Assembly (NCBI RefSeq): GCF_009914755.1
Contig: NC_060942.1
Length of the DNA: 64,000 nt
Strand: one strand, 5' to 3'
Source: the human T2T-CHM13v2.0 reference genome, Homo sapiens
The translations under genes were made by a program, and so were the position numbers. Of this stretch, positions 1 to 19,423 are shown piece after piece. The notes below the pieces were generated by a model. The model made no database searches and was not told the origin of the DNA. It was given only the letters and a program-made list of their open reading frames with translations. The stretch's first letter is position 1, and each line of letters opens with the position of its first letter.

Positions 1-1288
1 GAAAATGAAAGCTTTAATACTGATTAAAATTTAAGTTCTTTACCAGTTCTAATCTTTGATGAGTCTGGGATATATGCATTACCTTGTTTCCATATGTAAC
101 ATTTGTTTTCCAGACTTTTCATTCCCTAAAGAGTTTGCAATAAAAGAATAAAATATATTTATCATGATAAACTATTCACAAACTATATAATCAACTTACA
201 TAAAATATAAGGTAAAATAATAGACCACAACTCCTTGAAAGCTGTGTTTAAAATCAACAATTGAAGAGGAAGTTACTTTAAAAAATTATAAATTATTTCT
301 GCTGACAATATCAGTATTCAATATTTCAGGCAATTATTCAGAAGGCAACACAGCTAAGAGGTTGAAGAAGCTTCTTCCCCAGTTACTTGAGTGCCCTTAG
401 AATGGAATAGCAGAAAATGTCATAACCATAGTAATTCAGCCTCATTTATCCAAGAGTATAATCATCAGAGATGTTTTGCACCTGGATTCATACCTGGTAT
501 TGGACTCACAATGAAGAAAATACCACCTAAATTATTCAAATATAATGACTTAAGCAATACATCAAAATGCACTACCTAGAAAGAATTTTTTTTTATAGCT
601 GTTTCTCGGCAAAAAACAAACAAACAAAATAAAAAACAAGAACAAAACAAAACAACAACCCAAAGTGAATTTCTTTTTTAACAGTATTTCTATTTTAAAA
701 ATGTAATCAATTTTATATATGTATAAAACTTTTTTACCACCATATGATGAAGTGAATATTTTTATGAAATAAAAACAATTAAATACTGCCACTACCTTGC
801 TGAATATTGGAGAAATTCTTAGCAATTTCTGAGCACATTCAGTGATTAAATTATAAATAGATAAAGGAAGGTTAAAATGGTTGCATTTCAGTTTGGATGA
901 TAAGAACTATGTTAACTTTCAAGAAAATTGGCAAATTGGCATTTTAACCAAGCTCCTTTTTCTATTTAATGTGCAGTTAACCACAGCATGTAGATAACAA
1001 GATCAGCCTCCTCTCTGAGTCATTTTTGGATTTGGGGGCTTATTTTTTTTTTTTCCAAGAGAGTTGACTATTTATTTACTCTCTAGAAGACTGAGTAAAA
1101 TAGGTTGCATTACCTTTCGTTCTAAATGTTAGTGTGTACATTCCATTATAGAATGAAGATTTCAGGGCTGGAAAAGTGGTAAGGCTTTCAAAAGATAAGA
1201 AGTCTCTGGAAGATTTGGAAATCATCCTAATCTCTCTTTGCAAAAGAGTAAAGTCCTTTTTCCTCTGTAATAGAAATTAGTTGTAATA

Positions 1289-1623
1289 AAGTTGTCCCTC
1301 AGTATCCACGGGGGATTGTTTCCAGGACCCCCTCAGCCTCCTCCCTGTGGTTACCAAAATTCATGGATGTTCAAGGCTCTCATATAAAAGGGCATTGTAT
1401 TTGCATATAGCCTAAGCACATTGTCTCATATACATTAAATCACCTTTAGATTACTTGTAATGCCTAGTACTATGTAAATGTTATATAAAGAGTTGTTATA
1501 CTTTATTGCTTTTTTATTTGTATTATTTTTATTGTATTGTTATTTTTAAAATTTTTAAAACATATTTTTGACCTGTGGTTGGTTGAATTCAGTGATGCAA
1601 AACCCAAAGTTATGGAGGATATG
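1289..1623 (+). mobile_element. MER2 (TcMar-Tigger DNA transposon relic)
   Basis: Begins gttgtccctcagtatccacgggggattgtttccaggacccc and ends tggttggttgaattc...gatgcaaaaccc...ggagg, matching the MER2 consensus termini as I recall them. Confidence 0.8.
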
Positions 1624-1625
1624 TA

Positions 1626-3120
1626 TTCAAAATGTGGACTAAGCAAAGGTATAGACAAATAAATTAATGTGACAAAATAGAGCCCATAAGTAGGCCCATA
1701 TAGATATAGTCAATTGTTTTTGACAAGAAAACAAAGACAGCATACAATGACAACAAGGTAGTCTTTTCAAGAAATGGTTAGAACAACTGGACATACACTT
1801 GCAATAAAAAAATGAATTTAGACATGGGTCTTGAAGTCTTCACAAATATTATTTCAAGATGAACCATAAACCTGAATGTAAATCAAAGCTATAAAATTCC
1901 TTGAAGACAGAATAGGGAAAAATCTAGATGACTTTGGATTTGTTGGTCACCTTTTAGATACAATACCAAAGGCATGATCCATGAAAGAATTAAGTTGACA
2001 AGTTGGACTTCATTGAAGTTAAAAATGTCTGCTCAGTGAAGGAAACTGTCAAGAGAATAAGACAAGCAATGAACTGGGAAAAAGTATATGCAAAAGACAT
2101 ATTTGATTAAAAAACTGTTACTTTATATGTACATAAAACAATTTAAACCCAACAATAATAAAATAAACAAACTTTTTAAAAAATGGGCAAGGGATCTGAA
2201 TAGGCCTCTCATCAGAGAAGATATACAAAGGCAAATGAGCACATAAAAAGATGCTCAACATCATATATCATTATAGACTTATTAGCTGAAACAACAATGA
2301 TATATCACCATGTACCTATAGAATGATGAAAATTGAAAATGTTGACACCACCAAATGCTCATGAGGACATAGAGCAACAGGAACTCCCATTCATTGTTGG
2401 TGTGAATGCAAAATCATACAGCAACTTTAGAGACAGTTTGACAGTTTCTTACAAAACTAAACATGTTCTTATCATATAATCCAATAATCACACTTCTTAA
2501 TATTTACCTAAATAAATTAAAAACTTATGTCCACTCAAAAACCTTCACACAGATGTCTAGAGCAGTTTTATTCATAATTGATGAAACTAAGAAATAACCA
2601 AGATGCCCTTCAGTTGCTGAATGGCTAAATAAACTATGATATATTCAGACAGCAGAATATTATTCAGCATTAAAAGAAATGAACAATCTAGCATGAAGAA
2701 ATATAGAGGAAACTTATATGTATATTTCTGAGCAGAATGAGTCAATCTGAAAAGGGTATATTTTGTGTGATTCCAAATATATAATATTCTGGAAAAGGTG
2801 AAACTACGGAGACAATAAAAAGACCAGTGGTTGCCAGGATCTGGTATGGAGGGAGGGATGAATAGGTAAAAGGTTTTCAGGGTAGTGAAACTCTTTTTTG
2901 CATACATTTGTAATAATCCATAAAATGACCCTAATGTAAATCTTGGATTTGAGTGACAGTGATATGTTAATGTTGTAACAATGTACCATTCTGGTGTGGA
3001 ATGTTGACAGAAGGTGAGGATATGTGTGTTAAGGGGTTAGGAAATACATAAAAACTCTCGTACTTTGTGCTCAGACTTGCTGTGAAATGGAAACCATCCA
3101 AAGAAGTAAAACCTATTTTT
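1626..3120 (+). mobile_element. Old L1 (L1MC-like), ORF2 3' end plus 3'UTR, 5'-truncated
   Basis: Decayed ORF2 motifs (gaacaactggaca, aaaagatgctcaacatc) followed by L1MC-type 3'UTR text (ttctggaaaaggtgaaactacggagac...cagtggttgccagg). Confidence 0.75.
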
Positions 3121-5173
3121 AAAAACCTGTATTAACTCTTCAGAAGAAATGGGTAAAAATACACACTGTGAGATAATTGTGAAAAATTTATTTTTACCAC
3201 AATTAATATTAATAATATGATAGGCAACTATGAATCTAACATGAGCTGAATAGATAAAAAGTAATTGCAGGTACTAAAAATGTTCCATTTATTCTTAGAT
3301 TTCATTACTTGAAAAATGTTTGTCGAGTATTAAAGTAGATAATAGTTACAATATAATATGTGCTAGTCAAATCGTATTAGACATATGTCACTTTGAACAT
3401 GTTCCTGCATTTTCACATGAGAGTGAGAGAAGAAGACAAAAAGTTCATTATAAAACTCCTGGGCAGAGCTGACACTGTGGACTTTGTGTCATCAATATAA
3501 TTTCATTTTTCAATATTAGTCTGACAAAAACCTTCACAAGTGTATCCTGAGATAAAAGACAATTCTAAAATATTCTTGAAAAATATATGTAATTAGCAAT
3601 ATATTAGTTCAAATTTGTTAAGCTATGCTATAATAACAAATAAACCCCCAATAGAAGTGGACCGCCATAACGAAGTTTTATATCGTTAACATACAATGTT
3701 TAACATGGATGACGCTGATAAGGTTCTCTAGGACCACTCTCTTCCATGTAGTGTTTCAGAAATTTTGACTCTGGCTTTCACAGTTCTTTGCTTCCAGGTG
3801 CACGAAGGAAGAGGTGAAAGCCAACCTTTGAGAAACACCATTTTCTTACTAAACTATTTATTTATTTTTATTATAATAATTTGGCTTTGTACAGTAATTG
3901 GTTCTTACTTTCATATCCCAGTCATCTTTTATACTAATATTTATACTCAAAATAACTTATAAAAATCTTTAAAGTGTTTCATTTATATTATCTCAATTAC
4001 CCTCACAACTGTACTCTATTACATTGGCATTTCAAAGATGTCTTCAGCCATTTATAAATACACAGACAATACAGGTCCCCGAAATGGTGACATGTGCTAA
4101 TGTTTTTCAACTGTTTAGGACCTTGCTTACTGTACAGAACTTTTGGGTTTTGTTATTTTTTTTATTTTGATTATTCAGTGCTGTCTAGGAGATTGCTCTA
4201 CAAGACCTTTTGTTAATGTGGCATTCACTGAGATTTCTTCAGGAAACTTAGGTAACAGTTATTTCTTCAATTGACTGGTGTTTGACTGGTTCTTTCTGAA
4301 ACCTCTATTTTCCCATCAGGCACATATGAATTGAAATAGTTCAGCATTCTATTATGGCCATTTTCTCTCACAACAAATGTAGATGCATCTTAGCAGGATT
4401 GCTTTGCGTTCATTTGAATTTCGGGGATTATTCACAGTTCATTTGGCCCACAGGAACTCATCCCTTAGTTGTATGACACACATTTTTCAGGCCTTTTATT
4501 GTTTCTCCTCCCTTCAGCCTACACATTCCCTTGCTTTTCCTCAGCCTATTGTCAGATTCTGACTTGACCTTTCTGAGCTGGTGGTCTAAAAGTTTTAATG
4601 TCACATGACACATATGTATATTGGGATTTCTCTCTTATCCCCTTAAATCTTCATGCATTATACTTATTGTGTTAATCTTTCTAATTCCTTCAATTCCAAT
4701 TTTCTGTCTATGAAGACTTTTCAATTTTCTGGGGCTGCTCTAGGGCAAATTGTAACGTAAATGAAGATTTTATTCAGTATTCAACTATTTCCTCCTATAG
4801 TTCCTTAATCTTAGTCTGTATTTTTTTTTTTTTAATTTTCTCTTGTTGCTCCTTGACTCCTTGGGATACCATGAACAAATCTATTCACCGGCCAAGCCTG
4901 AACTTACCTTTACCAGAGATTTGAATCTAAATAATCTAAATAATCACTAGCATCTATCTTGTGTGATTCTGCAAGAATCTTCTTTGTAAACTATATTACA
5001 AGTCCTCTGTTTTCAAAAATAAATTACAGTTAAGTAGGGTAGAGACCACTTAATTTTACTCTGCTTCAACAGATGTTCTTTCATAAAACCACTCAGTGAA
5101 TTTAGTACAATCAGGCATTAGCACAGTTCAATCAATGGGGGAAAAAATTATTGGTCTTAAACATGGAGATGAG

Positions 5174-5469
5174 GACTGGGCGCAGTGGCTCATTCCGGTA
5201 ATCCCAGTACTTTTGGGAGGCTGAGGCGGTTGGATCACCTGAGGTCAGGAGTTTGAGACCAGCCTGGCCAACATGGTAAAACCCTGTCTCTACTAAAAAT
5301 ACAAAAATTAGCTGGGCTTGGTGGTGGGCGCCATATTCCCAGCTACTCTGGAGGCTGAGACAGGAGAATGGCGTGAACCCGGGAGGCGGAGCTTGCAGTG
5401 AGCCAAGATCGCACCACTGTACTCCAGCCTGGGTGACAGAGCGAGACTCGGTGAAAAAAAAAAAAAAAA
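5174..5469 (+). mobile_element. Alu, chimeric AluS left arm / AluY right arm
   Basis: Full dimer with A5TACA5 linker and A-tail. Left arm ggatcacctgaggtcaggagtttg (S-type), right arm gaatggcgtgaacc and ggagcttgcag (Y-type). Confidence 0.95.
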
Positions 5470-5849
5470 GAAGATTCCCATCGTTGTCCCAGCCTTTGAG
5501 ACATGTATCTGGAGCTCTGTTTCAGGGAGCAGCATTAAAAAAGAGCAGAGCAGCTTCAGAGAAAATGCCAGGTTTCCATATGAGAAACCCATCACTGAAT
5601 AGACAGAGCAAGCAGTGACAAACATTTTTCCGATAACATCATTGCAAAAATTAGACAACTTTTATCATTTTTCACTATCTCACAGAAGCTTAAAGATATT
5701 CTATATACACATATATTCAGATAAAATCAAGCAGATTTGCTGTCTCAGCTAATCTCTTCCTCTTATATAATTACTAAAAAGATAATCTTTGGTCCCAGTA
5801 ATTGCCAATGAGATGTAACAAAGACAGGGTGGATTGCGGTAATGAGATG

Positions 5850-6040
5850 GGCTCTGCAGTAGGATTGAAAAGGCTTGAATTCCGATTAGCGGATCTCTGA
5901 TTTTTGAAGAATCATTTAGTCTTTGGGGACCACAGCCTTCCCAACTTTAAATACAGTTACTTTCTAAGGAATGAATACATGTACTATGTAAGGTTGTTGT
6001 GAATTGAGGATGTATATGAAATGCCTGGTTTAGAGCTATC
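5850..6040 (+). mobile_element. MIR fragment
   Basis: Degenerate MIR core and 3' portion (aaggttgttgtgaattgag...gtatatgaaatgcctgg). Confidence 0.5.
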
Positions 6041-8470
6041 TCACCAAGTGTTTGTTTCCTAAGCTTTTCTTCTTAAGACTTTAAGACATTGTCTTTTCCC
6101 TGCATTAAAATATTTCTTTCGGATATGGGCAATGATTCTTCCATCAATTTTCAAAGTCTGTTCTGGATTCTATGATTTCTTTAAAAAATTTTTTTCTACT
6201 GTACTCATTTTTTCTTATTTTCTAAGGAGAGATAATGAAGTCATTATAAGCTGACTGCATACATAAGTTTTATTTTTCCAATATAAAATTCGATTGTTCT
6301 ATGAATTCCTGAGAAGAAAACACAATAGCAGTAATAGCAAGATTTATTTACAAAATTATATTTTATTTTAATTAAAGAAAATGAAAGTAGCCTCAGAATA
6401 GTATGGAGAGGAAATTCCTGATAGCAGGAAGGGGTGGGAATGTATTGAAACACAGACCGAGAGAAGAACAGGTAGTGTTTCTTCATGTGATCCCTGAGTA
6501 AAGTAAGTTTGTTTGAATAAAATTATCAACAAGTATGTTTTAAATTGTCATTCTTGTTCAATAAAATTAGACCCTCTTTGATGCACACTTTATTCGAGTA
6601 AGTCACCTACTCTGATCATCAATGACATAAGTCAAAAACAGTTATGTAGAAAAGTGGCAGTGATTAATGACCTTTCTTTTCTGATGTAAAACTCTAGAAA
6701 TAAATAAAATCCTCAATTTACACAGAAGTCAATGGACATCTTTTTTCTCAGGAAAGCCTAGTCCCTGTTGCAACATTAATAGCTTGGTGAAGTTTTTTGT
6801 TATTGTTTTTTGTTTTTAAATAAAAACAGAAACTATCATCAGAATTTTGCCTCTTATATCCAATAAATAATTCATCATTCAATATTATATCTATAAAAAT
6901 AAGATAATTTGATTAGAAATAATTGTTTCTATAAGCCTTGGGTGGAGATTTCCCAAAGATTATTCTTTATCTATGTCATGACTTTCTCACTGTGAAGCAC
7001 TAACCAGACAGGCTACAGTGTTCCTGACAGTCTATTTATTGCTTAATTTTTTCTTCTTTCCCAACAAGATTTTTATTTCAAACAGTCACTATTGAATAAT
7101 ATATCCTCTAAGTAAAATCTTCCTTCCTGATTGAAGGATGGTTATTTTAATATCATGGCTGCCAACAACTACCACTTACTCTTCAGCCATGGTGGGTTTT
7201 GCTTTGCTGTATTGTGTTTTTTAGTCTGTGTCCCTCAAACCTGTACATTGGCAATTATCTTTCTTATCAGAAAACTGGCTGCTGAATTTGAAATGTGGTG
7301 ATGGTTCAGAATATGAAACTTTAGCACTATGAGCAGTCACAGTTGCCCAGAGCTTTACCATAAGCTCGTTCTCTGGTCTCCTAATGGGTTAGAAGCTCCA
7401 GGGAAGAATTGTCTGTGTCTCATTTCTAGTCTCTAATTATGTCACAGGTGAAATTTAATTAATGTGTTTCTTTTTATCAATTTTTTGAAGGATTAGACTG
7501 AATAATATAGGTTTTGGGATCATCCCTGGATTTCACTATAACCTACTTAAACTTTGTTAGCATAGATAGTTTTATTGAGAGGCCAACCAATCAACCAATG
7601 AACAACAACAACAACAAAATTGCTAAGAATTTATATGCTCAACATTGTAAAAACTGTCGCAGAAGGAACAATCATTCTTCCACTTTGAAAAGACCTTTGT
7701 GAATAGGAATCAAATTAGGAGTAAGGCCAACTTCATTGCTAAAATAATTAGAAAAAATACCCATGTGAAGTAGTGCTGAGGAAGGAAGCAGTGTAAATTG
7801 CAGTAGACAAGTGGGTAATCTCATGAGAGGTGGTTCTCAGGAGCGGTGTGAGAGAAGGGGCAAGAAGGTTAGGGAGAGACGTGGAATAAGTACAGACAAT
7901 GAAGTTGGGAGTTAGTTGGCTTTAGTTGTGAGTGAGCAGTAGAGACAGTTAGGGCTTTCTGCCTAATTCAGAGATACTTATAGTAGAATAGGAAGTGATA
8001 TTAAGATGCCATAGAGGCCCTTTAATTGGCTCAGATGGTTTTCATTAAGTACTCAATTAGCTGGACTCCATACATGGTATCTAAATCTACATCTCACAGA
8101 ATAAGATGTACATCTCTTCAAAGTGGAAGAATTATTTTTCCTATTGTGACAGTTTTTACATCCAATCTTAACATAAATACTGAAGACATTAATTATGATA
8201 TGACTGAAATAAAATTAAATATGGGATGAAGTGATCATTAGTCTAACAGAAAAAACACTGAGTTTTTATCATGGTTCAATTACTAACTAGTGCTGTGATC
8301 TTGGAAAAGCTTACTAATTTTTTATTATTTGAATTTCCTTAACTATAAAATTAAGAAATTAAAAACAATAATCTTTAATATATATCCTAACTGTTAAAAA
8401 AAAAAAAAAGGAACTAGTGTCAAGTTATCTGACTGACTATCCTATGTGGAATAGTATGTTTTCAAACTAA

Positions 8471-8820
<350 letters not shown>

Positions 8821-9309
8821 GAAGATTTTTTTTTTAATTAAAATCATGTGATTGCTACCTGATTTTCTCGCAGGAAAACTTTCCACATTTTCTGTCTTAG
8901 TCCATATTTCTTTCTCTTTAGAAATGTAATTTCCTTTAGATGGGTTCAGTCTATGTTTTGGAGGACAATGATTGTATTTATTTCTTCAAAAATGAATGAC
9001 TACTACGCAACAGAATCTGTGTAGCATTTTGACAAAGTGGTGCAAAATTTACATACGGTTCTAACTAGACGATACAGATTTTCATATATGGGAAAGCAAA
9101 ACAAAATTAGATGCACAAATAATATAGTGAAATTAAAATTAGGAAAGTACTCTGAAGCAACTAGCACAAAACTATAATTGACAATATGTTGAAGCCGTAT
9201 ATTTGGAGAGAGTGGTCAGGAAATGTCTGTCTGGGCAGACAATATTTGAGGGGAGATCTACATGTTGACAGGGGCCAACCATGTAAAGTATCATGGAGGA
9301 GGAAATTCA

Positions 9310-10300
<991 letters not shown>

Positions 10301-13077
10301 ATCATGGAAACTGCAGTAGATGGTCACTTCATGAAAAGGAGATCAGATCTCTTTGTATTGAAATGGAGAGGTAGAGATGAGTATTAAGCAAGAAATGCAA
10401 TTTTTGCAATCATGTTTTCAAGTTCACTTCATTGGTTTCAGTCTGGGAAATAGATCTCCAAGGAAGTATATCTTCTAAGGTGTGGACCACTGTAAAGCAT
10501 ATTTCCATCACTGCCAAACATGTAGAAGGTAGCAAAACCCCCTGCTTCCCTAAATATTTCATTCCTAATACCAAAAATATTTTCAAGTAAGATTCAAGAT
10601 TGTTGTCTGGCTACTTAGTCCACAGGAGAAAATTTTACTTGGGACCTAAAGGCTGTAGAAATGCACACTGGGATGACAGATGAGTTAGATTTCTTTTTTC
10701 ATTTTAAATTATGAGAATTTACCTGAGGAAAAGTTTCATTATTACAAATAGTGTGGAAACAGCCTCCAGGAAAGAACATAAACAAGAACTAAGGGCCTTA
10801 AATCCAAAAGATAGGGGAAATACTCACACTTACACTGCCTCTAACTAGTTAGGAATCTTAGGTATCTTAATCAATTTTCTGTTGCTTACAAAACAATACC
10901 TAAAACTGAGTAATTTATAAAGAAAGACATTTATTTATTACGATTATGGAAGCTTAGAAGTCCAAGGTTAGAGGGCTGCATCTGGTGAGAGCTTTCTTGC
11001 TGGTGAGGACTCTCTGTAGAGTCTCGAGGCAGTGCAGGTTATCACACGATGAGGCGGCCAAGTGCTAATGTGCTAGCTCAGGTCTCTCTTCCTCTTCTTA
11101 TAAAGAAACCAGCCCCACTTCCCTGGTAACCAATTAATCAATTAATGAATTAATCCATTCATGAGAGCTCTGCCAATCACCTCTTAAAAGCCCTACCCTT
11201 GAATAATGCCTCGTGAGGGATTAAATTTCAAAATGTGTTTTGGGGAACACAAATATTTAAACCATAGTATCTGCCTCTGGCCCTCCCCACAAAAACTCTT
11301 GTTTTTCTTACCTACAAATCCCATCACATAGCTTCAGAATCTTAACTTTTTCCAGCACCAACTCAAAAGTTCAAAGTTAAGAGTGTCACCTATGAAAATG
11401 TGAAATCAAAACAAGTTATCTGCTTCCAAAGGTACAACGGTTAGAAAAGCATAGGGTACACATTCCCATTTGAAAAGGGAGAAATAGTAGTCAAGAAGAA
11501 AGGAGTAACAAACTCCAAGCAAGTATGAAGCCCAACTTATCAGGCATTGAGTCTTAAAGCTCCAGAATATTCTCCCTTGACTCCACATCCAATAATTCTT
11601 TTGTACACTGGTGTAGGGGTTGGGCCCTGAGACCTCAGGCAACCCTGCAACTATGGCTTTGTTGGGCTTGGTTCACCCAGCTCTCCCAGGCTGTCATTGC
11701 ACTCTGATAGTTCTGAAGTTCTGGGGGCTCAGCGGCAGTCCTGCTTCCACAGCTCCCCCAGGCATTACCCAATGGGGACCGGGTGGTGATCTTGCTCTCA
11801 TGGTTTCAGTAAACATTGCCCTGGTGGGGACTCTTTTTAGCAGTTGCAACCCCACATTTCCACTGGGCATTGCTCTAGTGAGGGCTGTCTGCAGTGGCTC
11901 CGCCCCATGACGAGTTTCTGTCTGAGCTCTCAGGCTTTTGACAACATCATTTGAAATCTGGTTGGAGGCTTCCAAGCTTTTATAGCTCTTACTTTCTGTA
12001 AGCTTGAAGAATCAGCACCACATGGACAAATTAAGGTTTCTGACTTGTACTGTCTGGAGCTGCTGCATGAACCACACTTGGGGCCACTAGGGTCTTGGCT
12101 AGTGTGGCCCCAAAGTGCTGTGCCCAGATGTAGGGAAGAGAGTCCCGAAGGAGTCCTTGGTAGCAAGCTCATAAAGAGCACTCTGGGCCTGTCGCCTGAA
12201 ATCATTCTGCACTCCTAGGCTTCTGTGCCTGTAATGGAAGGAAAAGCCTCAAAGATCTCTGAAATGCTTTCAGGGCCTTTTTTTCCCCACTGTCTTGAAA
12301 GTTAGCACCTGGCTCCCTTCTATTAGTGCTAATATCTTTAGCAAAACTACACCTTTGATTTATACTTCTGAGCACATTTTTTGACTCTCTGTGTGGCCAG
12401 GCTGAGAATTTTCCAAATGTTTCTACTCTGCTTCCTTTTTAATTATAAATTCTGTATTTACATTATTTCTTTGCTCCCCAAATCTTAGTTTAAATAGCTG
12501 AAAGTAATCATGCACCTCTTTCTATATTTTGCTTAGAAATTTCTTCTGCCAGATACCCTAGACCATCACTCTCAAATTAAGCCTTCTACAAAGCCCTCAA
12601 GCATGGACACAGTTCAGTCAAGTTATTTGCCAATTTGTAACAAAGATGGGCTTTATTCCAGTTCCCAATACCTTTTTCCTCAGCTCTATCTAAAACTTGA
12701 TCAGAATGGACTTTACTCCCTGTATTTCTATCAGCTTTCTGGTTCTGAAACTTTAACCAATTTGTAAGGATTCTGAAATTTCCCTAGTCTTCTTGTATTC
12801 TAACATCTAACCAGAATCTAAGCTTTTTCTAGTCTGCTCCTCCAATTTTTTTCAGCAGCTGCCCAATGCCCCATTCGCAAACCAATTCCACATTTTTACA
12901 TATCTGTTAACAGCAACACCTCACTTCTCAGTACCAATTTTCTGTCTTAGTCTGTTTTCTGTTGCTTATAATAGAATACCTAAAATGGCAATTTACAAAG
13001 AAAATGAACTTATTTCTTACAGTTACAGAGGCTGGGAAGTTCAGGGTTTAAGAACTCCATCTGGTGAGAGCATTGTT

Positions 13078-13392
13078 GTTTTTTTTTTTTTCTTTTTCTT
13101 AAAGACAAAGCCTGGCTCTGTTGCCCAGGCTGGAGTGCAGTACTACGAACACAGCTCTCTGCAGACTTGACCTCCTGGACTCAAGTGATTCTCCTGACTC
13201 AGCTTCCCAAGTAGCTGGGACTACAGGCATGAGCCACCATGCCTGGCTAGTTTTTATTTATTTATTTATTTTTGTAGAGACAGGGTCTCACTATGTTCCC
13301 CAGGCTGGTCTCAAATTCCTTGGTTCAAACGATCCTCCCACCTTGGCACCCCAAAGTGCTGGAATTATAGGCGCGAGGCAACGCACCTGGTC
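13078..13392 (-). mobile_element. AluJ (Jb-like)
   Basis: Reverse Alu with ctatgttccccaggctgg and ttcaaacgatcctcccacc J-type motifs. Confidence 0.9.
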
Positions 13393-14023
<631 letters not shown>

Positions 14024-14339
14024 TTTTTCTATTTTTTAAAAAGAATCAGGATCTTGCTGTGTTAAGTGGCATAATCATTCGTGTCATCATAGGTCAGTGC
14101 AGCTTTGACCACATAGGTTCAAGTGATCCTTCCACCTCAGCCTCCTGAGTAATTGGGGCTATAAGAATACACAACCAGCATGTCCAACTTTTTTATTTAT
14201 TTTTTTATTTTTATTTTTTTGTAGAGACCGTAGTCTCAGTATGTTGACCAAACTTGTTTTGAACTCATGGCCTCAAGTGATCTTCTCACCTCAGCCTCCC
14301 AAACTACTAGAATTACAGTTGTGAGCCACTGCTGCCAGC
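14024..14339 (-). mobile_element. AluJ (old, diverged)
   Basis: Reverse Alu with catggcctcaagtgatc and heavy CpG decay. Confidence 0.85.
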
Positions 14340-15109
14340 GAGAGCCTTCTTGCTAATGGGGACCCTCTGAAGACTGCTGATGTGTCATAGGATGTCACAT
14401 GCGGAGGGAGCTGAGCATGTTAATGTGCTGGCTCAAGTCTCCCTTTCTCTTCTTAATTCATGAGCCATTAATTCATTAATACATAAATGGAGTAATCCAT
14501 TCATGAACTCTCTCCCTCACAATTCAATCACCTATTAAAAGCCCCATCTCTCAATACTGGCACATGGGGATTAAGTTTTAATAGGAGTTTTGGAGACACA
14601 TTCAAACCATAGCATCAGGTAAGATACTTAAATCCCCTAAACCCTTGTTTCCCTAATGATGAGAGATGAGGTGAGAATTAAATGTGATAAAGCTTTTTTC
14701 ATGGTTAACGTAGTAATGAGCACAACATAAACAATTAACAGATGTTCCCCATCATTACTAATTGTTAAATAATATATTTGTATTTAATAACCCTGAACAT
14801 CTCTTTTTTAGAACTGAAGTAATGGATATTATGTTACTTATTCATTTTTCGTGACTCATCACCCTTTTGTATAACAATTAGATAATAACTTGTATTAACA
14901 TAAAGTACCACAAAAGAAATTACTACAAATAACTGTATATTCAAAGAATGGTTTGGAAAATATCAAATTATTATTGCAAATTTTGTGTAATTGACTATGC
15001 CTTCTATTTCCTTTTAGAGTCCTTTCATCACCTGTAAGCTTTAATGTTAATATACACTGTGTACCACAGAAATCTAAAATTGTGTTACATAAAATGAGAT
15101 TCTATGAAT

Positions 15110-15360
15110 GTGATGTAATGGAAAAGGTGTAGGATTTAAACTCTTATAGACTTAGTTTTCAGTCTGTTCTACCACATATTACCCATGAGATTTTGAATAA
15201 ATTACTTAATTGCACTCTCTATAAATTTTGTTTTAAAAAAAGCAGGAATAGGGATATAGAAGGTGAATCATATCTTCTTTGTAGCAATGGCATAGGGATT
15301 AGAGATTTTTTAAGTCCGTAACACACAGATTCAATGAATGATAGCCATTAATACTAGGCA
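15110..15360 (+). mobile_element. MIR
   Basis: gtgatgtaatggaaaag...aaattacttaat...ctctct degenerate MIR core. Confidence 0.5.
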
Positions 15361-15411
15361 TTAAAGAATTTTACGTATGTAAGGAATGGTTCATTCCTGC
15401 AAGGATATTTA

Positions 15412-18531
<3,120 letters not shown>

Positions 18532-19125
18532 CAAGGATATTTAAATCTAGAGAGAAAATAAGAGCATATGCTCCTCTCTTTCCTACATCACTGATTTGAA
18601 TTTCTGACATTAGTCAGACCATTGGAGAACTGCTAGAATCAAGCATCATGTAGAAAATAAATAGTATCATGCTTGAAGTTCTTCATTAGCGCCTGTAGCT
18701 ATCAAGTAATAGGAACACTGTAATGGTGTTCTGAGCTTAGTTACTATGATCTCTGGGGAGTTCAAAGTAATTTGCAGGTGGAAAATTAAATGATGCAGTT
18801 CAGGATAAAATTGAATCCCAAATAATTGTTAGAGAATTAAAATGCAATCGAACCAGAAATCCTAATCAGGTTTGAATCAAAGCATGTTCATACTGAACTG
18901 TGATGAAAACAATCAATGTATACTTTGGATGTCATTTTTGTCCTATAAGAGCCTCATGACATGTATTTATAGCTTGTCTCATTGCAATAATTTTGGAATG
19001 CGGCAATAGAATGAAAAGCAGAAAAGGCTTTTCGACTGATTAGTTCTGTAAATCTTCAGACTGCCTTTTCCTCATTGGGGCCGAATCCTTACACATTACC
19101 ACCCATCCTTTACTCTGTGATATAA

Positions 19126-19423
19126 TTTTTTTTTTTTTTGAGATGGAGTTTCAGTCTTGTCACACAGGCTGAAGTGCAATGGTGTGATCTAGGCTCACTG
19201 TAATCTCCAACTCCCAGGTTCAAGTGATTCTCTTGTCTCAGCTTCCCAAGTAGCTGGTATTACAGGTGCCCACCACCATGCTGGATTGATTTATGTATTT
19301 TTAATAGAGATGGAGTTCCACCATGTTGGCCAGGCTGGTCTCAATCTCCTGACCTCTGGTGATCCACCCTCCTCAGCCTCCCAAAGTGCTGGGATTACAG
19401 GCGTGAGCCACCACGTCCAGGCT
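19126..19423 (-). mobile_element. AluS (Sx/Sz-like)
   Basis: Reverse Alu dimer. TSD tctgtgatataatt / tcagtgatacaatt. Confidence 0.95.

Noticed and set aside
12011-12032. RE1/NRSE-like tcagcacc-acat-ggaca
   Set aside because: Wrong spacer, poor right half and located inside MaLR internal sequence.
11406-12205. Overlapping ORFs in GC-richer DNA
   Set aside because: Decayed MaLR internal sequence with no continuous frame.
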